Positions 46,596 to 57,700 of a stretch of DNA of 64,000 nt are shown here, in pieces. Under the pieces are notes generated by a model. The model searched no databases. It saw only the letters and a program-made list of their open reading frames with translations, and was not told the origin of the DNA. The DNA is taken from the NCBI RefSeq assembly GCF_028285715.1, contig NZ_JANQOO010000024.1, positions 9,539-73,538 of the forward strand, in the 5' to 3' direction. The stretch comes from Ulvibacterium sp. (GTDB lineage: Bacteria; Bacteroidota; Bacteroidia; Flavobacteriales; Flavobacteriaceae). How positions within the stretch are numbered: the first letter of the stretch is position 1; each line of letters starts with the position of its first letter. Position numbers and translations under genes: made by a program.

Positions 46596-46870
46596 TTTTG
46601 GAAGTGACCATTTTAAATATAGGGCAAGGCTTATCAAAAGAATTTGAACAAAGTCTTGCTCAAGCCACTTCAACAATTACTAAGACAAAGGGGTATGGCG
46701 CACATGAACTTGGAAGATGTATTGAAACAAAAGACCAGTATATTTCATTAATGAATTGCGACACCTTGGAAAATAAGGAATTTGATTTTCAACAATCTCC
46801 GGATTATCATAATGGGAAGAATGCCCTACGCCGTTCTTATAAATTTTTTCCAGAAGTATTATATCATTAG
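46592..46870 (+). CDS. small ABM-like (dimeric alpha/beta-barrel) protein between the two metH modules
   Basis: 92 aa. ATGA overlap with the upstream gene, and its stop lies 2 nt before the downstream ATG. Pattern ILEVTI....G....FE..L......I....GY....L.RC.E....Y.SL resembles the ABM/antibiotic-biosynthesis-monooxygenase fold. The assignment is tentative. Confidence 0.5.
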   Translation: MILEVTILNIGQGLSKEFEQSLAQATSTITKTKGYGAHELGRCIETKDQYISLMNCDTLENKEFDFQQSPDYHNGKNALRRSYKFFPEVLYH

Positions 46871-46872
46871 TA

Positions 46873-49563
46873 ATGACGGAAACAAAACCAAAATATCTTA
46901 AACTATCAGGTCTTGAACCTTTGATCGTAACCCCGGAAAGTAATTTTATCAATGTGGGTGAACGTACTAATGTGGCCGGTTCAAGGAAGTTTCTTCGGTT
47001 GATTAAGGAGGAAAAGTATGAGGAGGCTCTGGAAGTAGCTAGGGATCAAGTGGAAGGTGGTGCCCAGATTATAGACATCAATATGGATGATGGTCTTATC
47101 GATGGGAAAGAGGCCATGGTAAGGTTCCTTAATTTGATAGTCGCTGAACCGGACATTGCCAGGGTACCCATTATGATAGATAGTTCCAAATGGGAAATTA
47201 TAGAGGCCGGGTTGCAGGTAGTCCAGGGAAAATGTGTGGTAAATTCCATTAGCTTAAAGGAAGGCGAGGCTGAGTTTATACAGCATGCAAAATTAATAAA
47301 ACGGTACGGGGCCGCCGTTATCGTCATGGCCTTTGATGAGGTGGGGCAAGCGGACAACTACGATCGCCGTGTAGAAATTTCCAAAAGATCCTATGATATT
47401 TTGGTAAAGGAGGTGGCATTTCCCCCGGAGGATATCATTTTTGACCTCAACATATTCCCGGTCGCCACGGGAATGGATGAACACAAACGCAATGCATTGG
47501 ATTTTATCGAAGCCACCAAGTGGGTGCGCGAGAATCTACCCCATTGCAGCGTTAGTGGAGGGGTAAGCAACGTTTCATTTTCGTTTCGGGGCAATAACCC
47601 GGTCCGGGAAGCCATGCACTCCGTGTTCCTGTATCATGCCATAAAATCTGGTATGAACATGGGTATTGTAAACCCGACGATGCTTGAGGTCTATGACGAT
47701 ATTCCCAAGGACTTACTCGAATATGTAGAGGATGTCGTTTTAAATAGAAGGGATGATGCCACGGAACGTTTGTTGGATTTTGCCGAAACCGTTGTCGGCA
47801 AGGCCAAGGAGAGTAAGGTAGATTTATCTTGGCGTGAAGAACCCTTACAGGAAAGGATTACAAGGGCATTGGTAAAGGGCATCGACCAATACATAGAAGC
47901 CGATGTAGAGGAGGCCCGGCAGAGTGTCGATAAACCTATTGAAGTAATCGAAGGTCATTTGATGACAGGAATGAATGTGGTAGGCGATCTCTTTGGAAGC
48001 GGAAAGATGTTCTTGCCGCAAGTAGTGAAATCTGCCAGGGTCATGAAAAAAGCGGTGGCTTATCTACTCCCATTTATTGAGGAGGAGAAATTGAAAAACC
48101 CTCAAGTCGGGAACTCCAGTTCTGCAGGTAAAATATTGATGGCAACCGTTAAGGGTGATGTACACGATATAGGAAAAAACATTGTAAGTGTAGTTCTGGC
48201 GTGTAACAATTATGAAATAGTGGATTTGGGTGTTATGGTCCCTCCGGAGAAAATAATCAAAACGGCTGTAGATGAAAAGGTAGACGCCATTGGACTAAGC
48301 GGATTGATTACGCCATCATTGGATGAAATGGTGCATCTCGCCAAGGAAATGGAACGTCAGGATTTTAAGGTTCCCCTGCTGATAGGAGGTGCTACTACGA
48401 GCAAGGCACATACGGCGGTTAAAATTGATCCGCAATATAAAAATGCTGTGGTCCATGTCAATGACGCATCCCGTGCAGTTACCGTTGTGGGCGATTTGTT
48501 GCAAAAAGAAACTTCGGAAGCTTATATAAACGGTATCAAGGAAGATTATGAACAATTCCGGGATAAATTTCTAAAGCGCACCAAACAAAAAGAGTATTTG
48601 ACCCTAAAAGAAGCAAGGGACAACAGGTTCCAAATCAATTGGTCGGAAACTGGAATAATTGAACCAAACAATATGGGAATACAAATCATCGAGAGCTTGG
48701 ATTTGTCCCTTTTGGTGGATTATATCGATTGGACTCCTTTTTTCCGAAGTTGGGATTTACATGGAAAGTATCCAAATATTTTGACTGATGATGTTGTCGG
48801 CGAACAGGCTACCGAGTTGTTTGAAGATGCCCAGAAAATGTTGAAGAGAATTGTGGACGAAAAACTACTGGAAGCAAAGGCGATTTTTGGACTTTTTGCA
48901 GCGAACACGATCAACCACGATGATATTGAAGTATTGGCCCAGAATCGAAAGTTTGTTTTTAGGACACTACGGCAACAATTAAAAAAGCGTGACGGTGTTC
49001 CCAATTTTGCATTATCCGATTTTATTGCTCCCAAAGAAACCGGGAGGCAGGATTATATGGGCTGTTTTTGTGTAAGCACGGGCTTTGGCACATCGGAATT
49101 GGCAGCAGCTTATGAAAAAGAGCACGACGATTACAATTCGATTATGGTAAAGGCATTGGCCGATCGTTTTGCGGAAGCGTTCGCGGAATACCTGCACAAG
49201 CAAATACGGATTACCCATTGGGGCTATGCCCATAATGAAGATTTAAGCAACGAAGAGTTGATCAAGGAATCATATAAGGGAATACGTCCGGCACCTGGCT
49301 ATCCCGCATGTCCTGACCATCTGGAAAAATTGACCATTTGGGACCTACTGGATGTCGAGGAGAAAATAGGGGTAAAATTGACGGAAAGTTTGGCAATGTG
49401 GCCGGCGGCATCGGTCAGTGGATATTACTTTGGGCATCCGGAAGCCCGATATTTTGGGCTTGGAAAAATAAAGGAAGATCAGGTGGGCGATTTTACCAAG
49501 AGAAAGGGCATTCCTTTGGAAGAGGCCACAAAATGGTTGGCGCCTAACATTGTGGAAGACTGA
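46873..49563 (+). CDS. metH: methionine synthase, cobalamin-dependent (pterin-binding, B12-binding and AdoMet-activation modules)
   Basis: Pterin-binding start ([15 protein letters not shown]), B12 motif GDVHDIGKN (DxHxxG), and C-terminal reactivation domain ([12 protein letters not shown]). 896 aa, lacking only the Hcy domain. Confidence 0.92.
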   Translation: MTETKPKYLKLSGLEPLIVTPESNFINVGERTNVAGSRKFLRLIKEEKYEEALEVARDQVEGGAQIIDINMDDGLIDGKEAMVRFLNLIVAEPDIARVPIMIDSSKWEIIEAGLQVVQGKCVVNSISLKEGEAEFIQHAKLIKRYGAAVIVMAFDEVGQADNYDRRVEISKRSYDILVKEVAFPPEDIIFDLNIFPVATGMDEHKRNALDFIEATKWVRENLPHCSVSGGVSNVSFSFRGNNPVREAMHSVFLYHAIKSGMNMGIVNPTMLEVYDDIPKDLLEYVEDVVLNRRDDATERLLDFAETVVGKAKESKVDLSWREEPLQERITRALVKGIDQYIEADVEEARQSVDKPIEVIEGHLMTGMNVVGDLFGSGKMFLPQVVKSARVMKKAVAYLLPFIEEEKLKNPQVGNSSSAGKILMATVKGDVHDIGKNIVSVVLACNNYEIVDLGVMVPPEKIIKTAVDEKVDAIGLSGLITPSLDEMVHLAKEMERQDFKVPLLIGGATTSKAHTAVKIDPQYKNAVVHVNDASRAVTVVGDLLQKETSEAYINGIKEDYEQFRDKFLKRTKQKEYLTLKEARDNRFQINWSETGIIEPNNMGIQIIESLDLSLLVDYIDWTPFFRSWDLHGKYPNILTDDVVGEQATELFEDAQKMLKRIVDEKLLEAKAIFGLFAANTINHDDIEVLAQNRKFVFRTLRQQLKKRDGVPNFALSDFIAPKETGRQDYMGCFCVSTGFGTSELAAAYEKEHDDYNSIMVKALADRFAEAFAEYLHKQIRITHWGYAHNEDLSNEELIKESYKGIRPAPGYPACPDHLEKLTIWDLLDVEEKIGVKLTESLAMWPAASVSGYYFGHPEARYFGLGKIKEDQVGDFTKRKGIPLEEATKWLAPNIVED

Positions 49564-49725
49564 TGTAAAACAATATTGTGAGGAGAATGCCCGGTAGGCT
49601 TATTAACTCTTTGTCCTGCCTTGTCATAGTGAGTGCCCGAGCAAAATATAAAAGAGACTAAATAGTACGACTACCTGTTCGACAAAGTCGATCGGGTACA
49701 AAACCTAGGAAGACAATACTACAAA

Positions 49726-50679
49726 ATGAAAGTAACCGATCATATTCAAGAAGCTCAAGGAAAAACCTTGTTTTCCTTTGAAATTATACCCCCGGTAAAA
49801 GGGAAGAACATTCAGGAGCTGTACAACAACATTAGTCCTTTGATGGAGTTTGAACCCCCATTTATAGACGTAACTACATCCAGGGAGGAATACGTATATA
49901 TTGACCGAGATGGTCTGTTGGATAAAAAACTCACACGTATGAGGCCAGGTACCGTAGGTATTTGCGCATCCATAAAGCACAAATACGATGTGGATACGGT
50001 TCCCCATGTGCTTTGTGGAGGATTCACCAAGGAGGAAACCGAGTATCTCTTAGTGGACTGTCACTACTTGGGCATAGACAACGTTATGGCATTACGTGGA
50101 GATGCCATGAAGGAGGAAAAACACTTTAGACCTACCAAAGGAGGCCATCCTTACGCCATTGACTTGATTAAGCAAATTCATAATTTAAATTGCGGGGAAT
50201 ATCTACACGAAGTGGTGGAAACGGATAATTGTGCCGATTTCTGTATTGGTGTGGCCGGATATCCTGAAAAACATCTGGAAGCCCCGTCCCTAAAAACGGA
50301 CTTAAGGCGTTTAAAGGAAAAGGTAGACGCGGGAGGGGACTATGTGGTTACCCAAATGTTCTTTGATAACAAAAAATATTTTGAATTTGTAAAGGAAGCC
50401 AGGGCAATGGGTATTGATGTACCGATAATTCCGGGGATTAAACCTATTGCAGTAAAGAGGCATTTGCAACTATTGCCCCCTATATTCCGGATAGACTTAC
50501 CGCAAGATCTCATCGATGCCGTAGAGGCTTGCAAAGATAACAAGGCCGTACGGCAAGTTGGTATAGAATGGGCCATAGAACAATCCAAGGAGCTAAAAGC
50601 TGCAGGTGTTCCTGTATTACATTATTACTCCATGGGAAAATCTGACAATATTAAGGCTATAGCAGAAGCGGTCTTTTAG
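49726..50679 (+). CDS. metF: methylenetetrahydrofolate reductase
   Basis: FSFEIIPP N-terminus, 317 aa, TIM-barrel MTHFR pattern (ALRGD, YPEKH, VTQMFFD). Confidence 0.9.
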   Translation: MKVTDHIQEAQGKTLFSFEIIPPVKGKNIQELYNNISPLMEFEPPFIDVTTSREEYVYIDRDGLLDKKLTRMRPGTVGICASIKHKYDVDTVPHVLCGGFTKEETEYLLVDCHYLGIDNVMALRGDAMKEEKHFRPTKGGHPYAIDLIKQIHNLNCGEYLHEVVETDNCADFCIGVAGYPEKHLEAPSLKTDLRRLKEKVDAGGDYVVTQMFFDNKKYFEFVKEARAMGIDVPIIPGIKPIAVKRHLQLLPPIFRIDLPQDLIDAVEACKDNKAVRQVGIEWAIEQSKELKAAGVPVLHYYSMGKSDNIKAIAEAVF

Positions 50680-50855
50680 TTTTGCTAGATACTTAGGGAT
50701 GGAAAGTAAAGACTTTAACGTCCTGTGCTTACTTTTTCTCACCCTATACGCCTTATTTTGTTTGAGCACTTCTAACTTCGCGCTTCGTCTCTTGTGTGGA
50801 GGTATTTCATACTTCCAATTCCGTATTTCCTATTTGGTACTTACCTTTACATTCC

Positions 50856-51953
50856 ATGAACCGAAGTTTATTCCCCATTTTTCTGTTTTTGATCTCGTTT
50901 TCATTTGCTCAAAATACGGATGCCACCAAGAGATTTGTCTTGGATGTCAGCCCGTTTTATGGTTCCATTCTCCTTCATAATCCGGATATAAGCCATTTAA
51001 TAACCGAACATCCCTCAGGTTTCATTCTCGGATATAATCAAAAAACTTTTGGAGCCAAAGAATGGGAACAGCTCTATAACTATCCTGATATAGGGTATTC
51101 TTTTGTATATCAGAATATGAACAACAGCACCTTGGGGGAAAATTACGGGGTATACGCCCACTATAATTTCTATTTTTTCAAACGGAACTTACAGTTCCGG
51201 ATTGGACAAGGGATTGCCTACAATACCAATCCCTACGACAAAAATCAAAATTTTAGGAACAATGCCTATGGGTCCCATTTTTTGAGTTCTACTTACCTCA
51301 TGTTAAACTATTACAAGGAAAATATATTCAAGCGATTGGGTTTTAAGGTAGGAATTTCGCTTGTACATTATTCCAATGCCAATTTCAAGGCGCCCAATAC
51401 GTCTACCAACACCTTTGCTTTTAATGCGGGACTTACATATACTTTGGGGAATATGGAAGAAGTGGAGTACATCCATAGGGAAAAGGAAAAGGTTACCGAA
51501 CCTATCCGATACAATATCGCGTTTCGAGCGGGACTAAATGAAAGTGACGTAATCGATTTAGGTCAATACGGATTTTTTATAATTTCAGGCTATGCCGATA
51601 AACGTCTTGGAAGAAAAAGTGCCATCCAACTGGGTGCTGATTTGTTCTTTTCCAACTTCCTAAAGGAATTGATTCGATTTCAGAGTACTTCCTTCCCAGA
51701 AATGGAAGTCGAGGAAGATACCGATTATAAACGAGCAGGCCTATTTTTGGGGCATGAACTATTCATTAATAAAATGTCCGTCATCACTCAATTGGGATAT
51801 TATGTTTATTATCCATTCGATTTTGAAGGGCGCATATACAATCGAATAGGTTTAAAACGCTATTTTGGGAAAAAAATCTTTAGTGCGTTGACCTTAAAAT
51901 CACATGGTGCCAAGGCAGAGGCATTGGAGTTTGGCGTAGGGATTCGATTGTGA
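50856..51953 (+). CDS. acyloxyacyl hydrolase / lipid A deacylase (PagL-like) family outer-membrane protein
   Basis: Signal peptide MNRSLFPIFLFLISFSFAQ. Beta-barrel-like alternating pattern with an internal HYSNAN motif and a second barrel-like half. ATG 50856. Confidence 0.55.
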   Translation: MNRSLFPIFLFLISFSFAQNTDATKRFVLDVSPFYGSILLHNPDISHLITEHPSGFILGYNQKTFGAKEWEQLYNYPDIGYSFVYQNMNNSTLGENYGVYAHYNFYFFKRNLQFRIGQGIAYNTNPYDKNQNFRNNAYGSHFLSSTYLMLNYYKENIFKRLGFKVGISLVHYSNANFKAPNTSTNTFAFNAGLTYTLGNMEEVEYIHREKEKVTEPIRYNIAFRAGLNESDVIDLGQYGFFIISGYADKRLGRKSAIQLGADLFFSNFLKELIRFQSTSFPEMEVEEDTDYKRAGLFLGHELFINKMSVITQLGYYVYYPFDFEGRIYNRIGLKRYFGKKIFSALTLKSHGAKAEALEFGVGIRL

Positions 51954-51994
51954 AATGTGGAGTGTGGAATAAAGTGATATAGAAAATCAAAGTT

Positions 51995-52795
51995 TTGAAA
52001 TTGAGAATTTGGAACCCGGAATTTTTAAAAAATCGAACACTTGGTTTAGGGTTGTTACCGGTTTTGGTATGTTGTATTTTTCAATTTGCCTGCAATACCG
52101 AAAATGCACCGGATTGCCTTCAAAATGCAGGAGAAATTATTCGAGAGGAGATACTGCTTCCCAGCTTTTCCAAGATTACCGTTTTTGAGAATGTGAGTTT
52201 AATAATAAGACAAGGCAATACGCAAAAAGTTGAAATAGAGACGGGTGAATTTCTTCAAGACGAGGTGACGGCTACCTTGGAAGGCGACCGGTTACTACTA
52301 CGTAATGGCAATGGCTGTAACCTTTTTCGAGAGTACGGATTGACCACGGTCCATGTCACCTCGCCCAACATCACAGAGATTCGAAGTAGCACCGGCTTGC
52401 CCATTCAAAGTGACGGGGTACTTGCATATCCAACGCTCACCTTATTGTCCGAAAGTTTTATAAATCCCGAGACTGAAACCACAGATGGTGAATTTGACCT
52501 AGAAGTTGATTCGGAAAACCTAAGTATTGCTTCTAACGGCATAGCTTACTTTAAATTAAGAGGAACCGTACAGAACCTGAATCTTACGATAGCAGCGGGA
52601 GACTCGAGAATCGAGGCGGAAAACCTTATCGCCGAGAACGTCAATTTAAACCATAGAGGTTCCAATGATATGTTCATCAATCCGCAACAGTCCTTGACCG
52701 GCTTAATTCGTGGTACGGGAGATGTTATCAGTTTCAATCGACCTTCTGAGGTGGATGTAGAGGAAATTTTTAATGGAAGATTGATTTTTCAATAG
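51995..52795 (+). CDS. DUF2807 (head-GIN, putative adhesin-like beta-helix) protein, probable lipoprotein
   Basis: Hydrophobic N-terminus ending in Cys (LVCCIFQFAC). Repeated beta-strand units (..V.....G......G.......). There is no in-frame ATG, so the TTG 51995 start is tentative. Confidence 0.5.
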   Translation: MKLRIWNPEFLKNRTLGLGLLPVLVCCIFQFACNTENAPDCLQNAGEIIREEILLPSFSKITVFENVSLIIRQGNTQKVEIETGEFLQDEVTATLEGDRLLLRNGNGCNLFREYGLTTVHVTSPNITEIRSSTGLPIQSDGVLAYPTLTLLSESFINPETETTDGEFDLEVDSENLSIASNGIAYFKLRGTVQNLNLTIAAGDSRIEAENLIAENVNLNHRGSNDMFINPQQSLTGLIRGTGDVISFNRPSEVDVEEIFNGRLIFQ

Positions 52796-52802
52796 CTATT
52801 GA

Positions 52803-53921
52803 ATGAAAGCTATCCTTACACGGTTAAAAGACTTTTTGACAAAAAAAAGGATGGTCGGGAATGCTGCCGAGTTGCAAGGTCTGGCCAAAGCAGATTACAT
52901 CTTGGCCTCTTTGGTAAATGAATATAAAGTACCGGGTATTTCAATTACCGTGCTGGGGCAAGGAAAAGTACTGTTGCAAAAAGGATATGGATATTCCGAT
53001 TTGGACCAAAGAATCCTTTTAGAACCTACAAAAACCATTTTCCGTATTGCCAGTGTATCCAAACCTATTGCCGCTACGGCCTTGGCCTTAATGGTCAATG
53101 ATGGTCTAATGGACCTGGATACTTCATTTTATAAGTATGTACCCTATTTCCCTAAAAAGCAATGGGATTTTACCATTCGGCAATTGGCCAGCCACACCGC
53201 TGGTATTCGCGGATATCGCGGTAAGGAGTATGGACTCAACAAAGCATATTCCATAAGGGAAAGTATTGTAATTTTCAAGGATGACGATTTACTCTTCCGA
53301 CCTGGGACCGCTTATCACTATAACAGTTTTGATTGGGTATTGATCTCATTGGCCATGCAAGAGGCCAGTGGTATGCCCTTTGAGGATTACGTGAGGCAAA
53401 GGGTTTTAGTACCTTTGGGAATGGGTCGTACATTTGCGGAATATCCATCGAATCACGGTTTTTGGACAACTGATAAGGGAATTTCAGGTAATTTCAATCG
53501 TACTGCGTTCTACTCTAAAAATCGCCATGGTTTTCGAAAGTCAATTCCAGTGAACAATTATTATAAAATGGCAGGAGGAGGTTATCTCTCAACTTCTGAG
53601 GACATTGCCAAGTTGGGTCAGGCTTATTTGGATGGAAAAATAGCACACAAAGAAGTACTATCGCAATTTTTGACTTCTCGAAAAATAAAGGGCAATCCCA
53701 CGTATTATGGTTTAGGCTGGGAAGTAAGTATGGATAAAGGAGGCAGGCCTTTTTATGGCCATATCGGTAGTGGTATAGGAGGGTATTCCAACTTTTTTGT
53801 TTATCCCGAGTTACAGATGGTATTCGCCATTTTAATAAACTGTACGGACCCTAAGGTACAAACGGAGCTGGATGAGGTGGTGGATATATTATCAAATTTG
53901 CATGCCTCCCGGATTTTATAG
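52803..53921 (+). CDS. serine hydrolase, beta-lactamase/transpeptidase-like family
   Basis: SxxK motif in RIASVSKPIAA. Later YHYNSF (YxN) and HIGSG (HxG-type) motifs. Confidence 0.75.
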   Translation: MKAILTRLKDFLTKKRMVGNAAELQGLAKADYILASLVNEYKVPGISITVLGQGKVLLQKGYGYSDLDQRILLEPTKTIFRIASVSKPIAATALALMVNDGLMDLDTSFYKYVPYFPKKQWDFTIRQLASHTAGIRGYRGKEYGLNKAYSIRESIVIFKDDDLLFRPGTAYHYNSFDWVLISLAMQEASGMPFEDYVRQRVLVPLGMGRTFAEYPSNHGFWTTDKGISGNFNRTAFYSKNRHGFRKSIPVNNYYKMAGGGYLSTSEDIAKLGQAYLDGKIAHKEVLSQFLTSRKIKGNPTYYGLGWEVSMDKGGRPFYGHIGSGIGGYSNFFVYPELQMVFAILINCTDPKVQTELDEVVDILSNLHASRIL

Positions 53922-53948
53922 ACATTTAGGTAAATTAATTTTGAGGAT

Positions 53949-54662
53949 TTGAGGTTTTCAGCTATTTATGGTATTGTTTTTGGCTTGTGGGCAACGGTAA
54001 ATTTATATGCCCAAGCAGATACTTTGTATTTGGACAATCGTTCGGTACAAACTAAGGATGATTACGGTAATCTTGAAATCAGGGAATGGAAAAAATTAAA
54101 GTACTTTGAAGCACAACTAAATACTCCGACGTCTACTCAAGAAGGAACGGAGTCTGAATTTAGGGATTACGCGCGCGATTCGATCAGAATATTAAAGGTA
54201 AAGTTGTTGGCCATCCAGATTTTGGATAGCAAAAACCTACTCGATTTGGATATTACCGAGAATCCCGATTACTATATGCAGCTGCTTACAAAACTTAAGA
54301 AAAGCGACATAAACCGTTCGGATTATCTTTTTTTGGAGAACAAACTGGCCTTCTTAACCACGGAGGTAGTGGAAAGCAAATACAAGACCAGTAAGTTGAT
54401 TATTGGGTTTTTAGGATTCACTATTATAGGGTTGGTGTTGTTTTTCTTCTGGATACGCCGTGAAAGAAACGGTTTGCCCAAGGTAGGTCTAAGTAGGCAG
54501 GAAAGGAATATACAGGGCCTAATTCTGCAAGGCAAGAGCAATAAGGAGATTGCCAATGAGCTTTTTATTAGCCTCAGTACCGTAAAAACACATATTACCA
54601 ATATCTATAGTAAGTTGCACGTATCCAGTCGTGAGGAGTTATTGCAAAAAATACGGAATTAG
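53949..54662 (+). CDS. membrane-anchored LuxR/GerE-type transcriptional regulator
   Basis: C-terminal HTH LSRQERNIQGLILQGKSNKEIANELFISLSTVKTHITNIYSKL, preceded by a TM helix (LIIGFLGFTIIGLVLFFFW) and a ~150-aa N-terminal domain with a signal-like start. TTG start is tentative. Confidence 0.7.
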   Translation: MRFSAIYGIVFGLWATVNLYAQADTLYLDNRSVQTKDDYGNLEIREWKKLKYFEAQLNTPTSTQEGTESEFRDYARDSIRILKVKLLAIQILDSKNLLDLDITENPDYYMQLLTKLKKSDINRSDYLFLENKLAFLTTEVVESKYKTSKLIIGFLGFTIIGLVLFFFWIRRERNGLPKVGLSRQERNIQGLILQGKSNKEIANELFISLSTVKTHITNIYSKLHVSSREELLQKIRN

Positions 54663-54742
54663 TACGGGTACTAGCACCAAAATCCAACCACTTTTAAAAC
54701 CATTTTGTCTCTATCTAGAAGTTCTTTGTATGAAACTTTTGG

Positions 54743-57700
54743 ATGACCTCAAAGCAATTTGATACATGGAACGTCCTTTTGGGCTGGACTGTTTTTCTGA
54801 TAGCCCTAATCGTTTATGGACTTACCGTTGAGCCTACAGTAAGCTTTTGGGACGCCGGCGAATATGTAGCCACTTCGGCCAAATTACAAATTGCCCACCC
54901 CCCTGGAGCACCCCTCCTCCAGATGATAGGATCCTTTTTCGCATTATTTGCGACGGCTCCCGATCAAGTAGCGCTTATGGTGAATTACGTGTCCGTTGTA
55001 TGCAGTGCGTTTACCATCTTATTTCTCTTTTGGACCATTACGAATCTTGCCCAAAAGTTGGTTTTGAATTCCGGTATCATTGCCCAAAATAGATATATCG
55101 GCATTCTAGGCTCTGGCGTGGTGGGATCCTTGGCCTTTACCTTTTCGGATAGTTTTTGGTTCAATGCGACCGAGACCGAGGTTTATTCCATGGCCAGTTT
55201 GGTTATGGCATTGTTATTATGGATGGGAATTCGATGGACTGACAGTTTACATACCTCGAGGGGAAATAGGTGGCTTATTCTAATTTCCTTTGTCACCGGC
55301 CTTACCTTTGGAATTCAGTTTATGGGTTTTTTGGCCATTCCATCCATTGTACTACTGTTTTATTTTAAACGATATAAGTTCATTACGATTAAAAAATTTA
55401 TTGTGGCCAATATCGTGGCCGTGGTCATATTGCTACTGGTTTTTAAGTTCTCCTTGACCTATATGTTAAAACTTTTTGGATGGAGCGAGGTATTTTTCGT
55501 CAATTCATTGGGCTTGCCCTTTAACTCTGGGAGCATTGGTATGGGCGTTTTTTTGGCACTCTTTTTCTATCTCGCTCTGAGATATACCCAGAGGAATAAC
55601 TATCGGTCTGCAAATACTGTAATACTATCCGTCCTCTTTTTGGTACTTGGTTTTTCTTCCTGGTTTCTACTGCCGATAAGGGCAAGTGCCGATGTGGTAA
55701 TCAATGAAAATGACCCCTCCGATGCTCGTTCCCTGTTGGCCTATTACAATAGGGAACAATACCCGAGTACGGATAGTCCGTTTTATGGTGCGTACTATTC
55801 CGATATGTTCGCTACCGACCACCCTTCCAAGGATGATAGTCCAAAATATGAGCAGAACGCAAAGCTTGGAAAATATGAAATTGTGAATCGTTACAAAGGT
55901 GCTTCACAAGGTTCAAGTCCAGAGCACACCGGTTTTTTGCCTAGAATGTGGAGCCAACAGAATGCGGAGAATTATATACGGTATTATGGTGCATTGGATT
56001 TTACGGTAAAGCCAGAATTCCAATCGAATGTTGAGTTACAGGAGGTTGTCCGGGAATTTCGGGAAAAAAATGCGGAAGGAGACATAGAGGCGAGCCAATA
56101 TTTGGGTTTTCTTCGGGAAATGAACGATTGGATTATTGTGAAGCCTCCCACGCTGTGGCAAAACATCGGGTATTTATTTCATTTTCAGTTGGGCTATATG
56201 TACTGGCGTTATTTTATGTGGAATTTTGTGGGAAAGCAGAACGATCAACAGGGCCGTTTTGATGGCAATGGGGAATGGCTAAGTGGAATTAACCTAATTG
56301 ATAGCTTCCGGTTGGGCAGTCAAGAAAACTTGCCTTCCGAAACCATATCGAACAAGGGCCGAAACACCTATTTCTTTTTGCCATTGCTTTTGGGACTAAT
56401 TGGCCTGGTGTTCCAGATCTCTAAAAATCCCAAACAATTTTGGGTGTTATTTGTTTTTTTTATGTTCACGGGAATGGCCATACAATTTTATACCAATCCT
56501 CCAATTTTTCAGCCCCGGGAACGGGATTATTCACTTGTTGGATCCTTTTACGTTTTTGCCATTTGGATCGGTCTTGGGGTATACGGACTTCTTGAAGAAG
56601 TTGGAAAGTATGTCCGACCCAAAATTGGCCTGCCCTTTCTTCTCGGTATTTGCCTTATGGCAGTTCCTGTTCTTATGGCCCAACAGAATTGGGATGATCA
56701 CGATCGTTCTGACCGGTATACGGCCTTGGCTATGGCCAAAGCCTATTTTGATTCTACACAAGAAAATGTGGGGGCCATTTTATTCACCATAGGGGATATG
56801 GATACCTTTCCGCTTTGGTACGCCCAGGAAATAGAGAACTACAGAACGGATACTCGTACAATTATATCCGGGTATTTGAATTTTTCGTGGTATATAGATC
56901 AAATGAAACGTAAGGCCTATGGAAGTGATCCCATTCCTTCCCAACTAACACATGAAAAATATACATATGGTTCCAGGGAAGTTCTGTATTATGCCCCGAT
57001 AACGGATAAAAGATGGCCTATTAAGGATTTTTTGAAATGGGTGGCCAGTGACCACCCCCGTACCAAAGTAAAAAACCTGCTTGAAAAACAAGGAAGGGAT
57101 ATCAGTGATTTTTCCGAAGGATATTTGGATGCCGTATTCTATCCTACGAACAAAATACGAGTTCCGGTAGATAAGGAAATGGTTTTGGCCACTGGTTTGG
57201 TAGCTGCAAAGGATTCTTCCCGGATAGTGGATTATATAGATATTGATCTTCCGGAAACGGGAATTAGAAAAAGTAATTTGATGATGTTGGATATCTTGGC
57301 CAATAACAATTGGAAACGGCCTATTTATTTTTCAGGGGGAAGTTTTGACGAAGAGGAATACATATGGATGAGTGATTATCTTCAGTTGGACGGACTGGTC
57401 TACAAACTGGTTCCGATTGAGACTAAAAATGAAAGCATTTTTGATAAGGGTCGAGTAGATTCGGAACTGATGTACTCTATTGTCAAAAAGTGGGAATGGG
57501 GCAATTCGGGAAGCCCAAAAATATACCATGACCCCCAAACACGAAAACAATTTGGGGTAACAAACCGTGTGGTACTCTCCCGCCTGTTGGAAAACCTGTT
57601 AAAGGAAGATAAATTAGAAAAGGCCAAGGAAATTATTGATATGGCCATGATTCATATTCCTGTGGAACATTTTGCATATTACACCTTCGTAGAACCATTT

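Noticed and set aside
49588-49662. 24-codon ATG ORF (MPGRLINSLSCLVIVSARAKYKRD) and small hairpin TCGAC-AAA-GTCGA in the 162-nt metH-metF spacer
   Set aside because: No amino-acid bias, no coupled structure, and no promoter or terminator logic. Indistinguishable from chance.
50699-50980. 93-aa ORF, and the N-terminal extension of ORF 50796, upstream of the acyloxyacyl hydrolase
   Set aside because: No motifs and a different or extended frame. The hydrolase has a clean signal peptide from ATG 50856.
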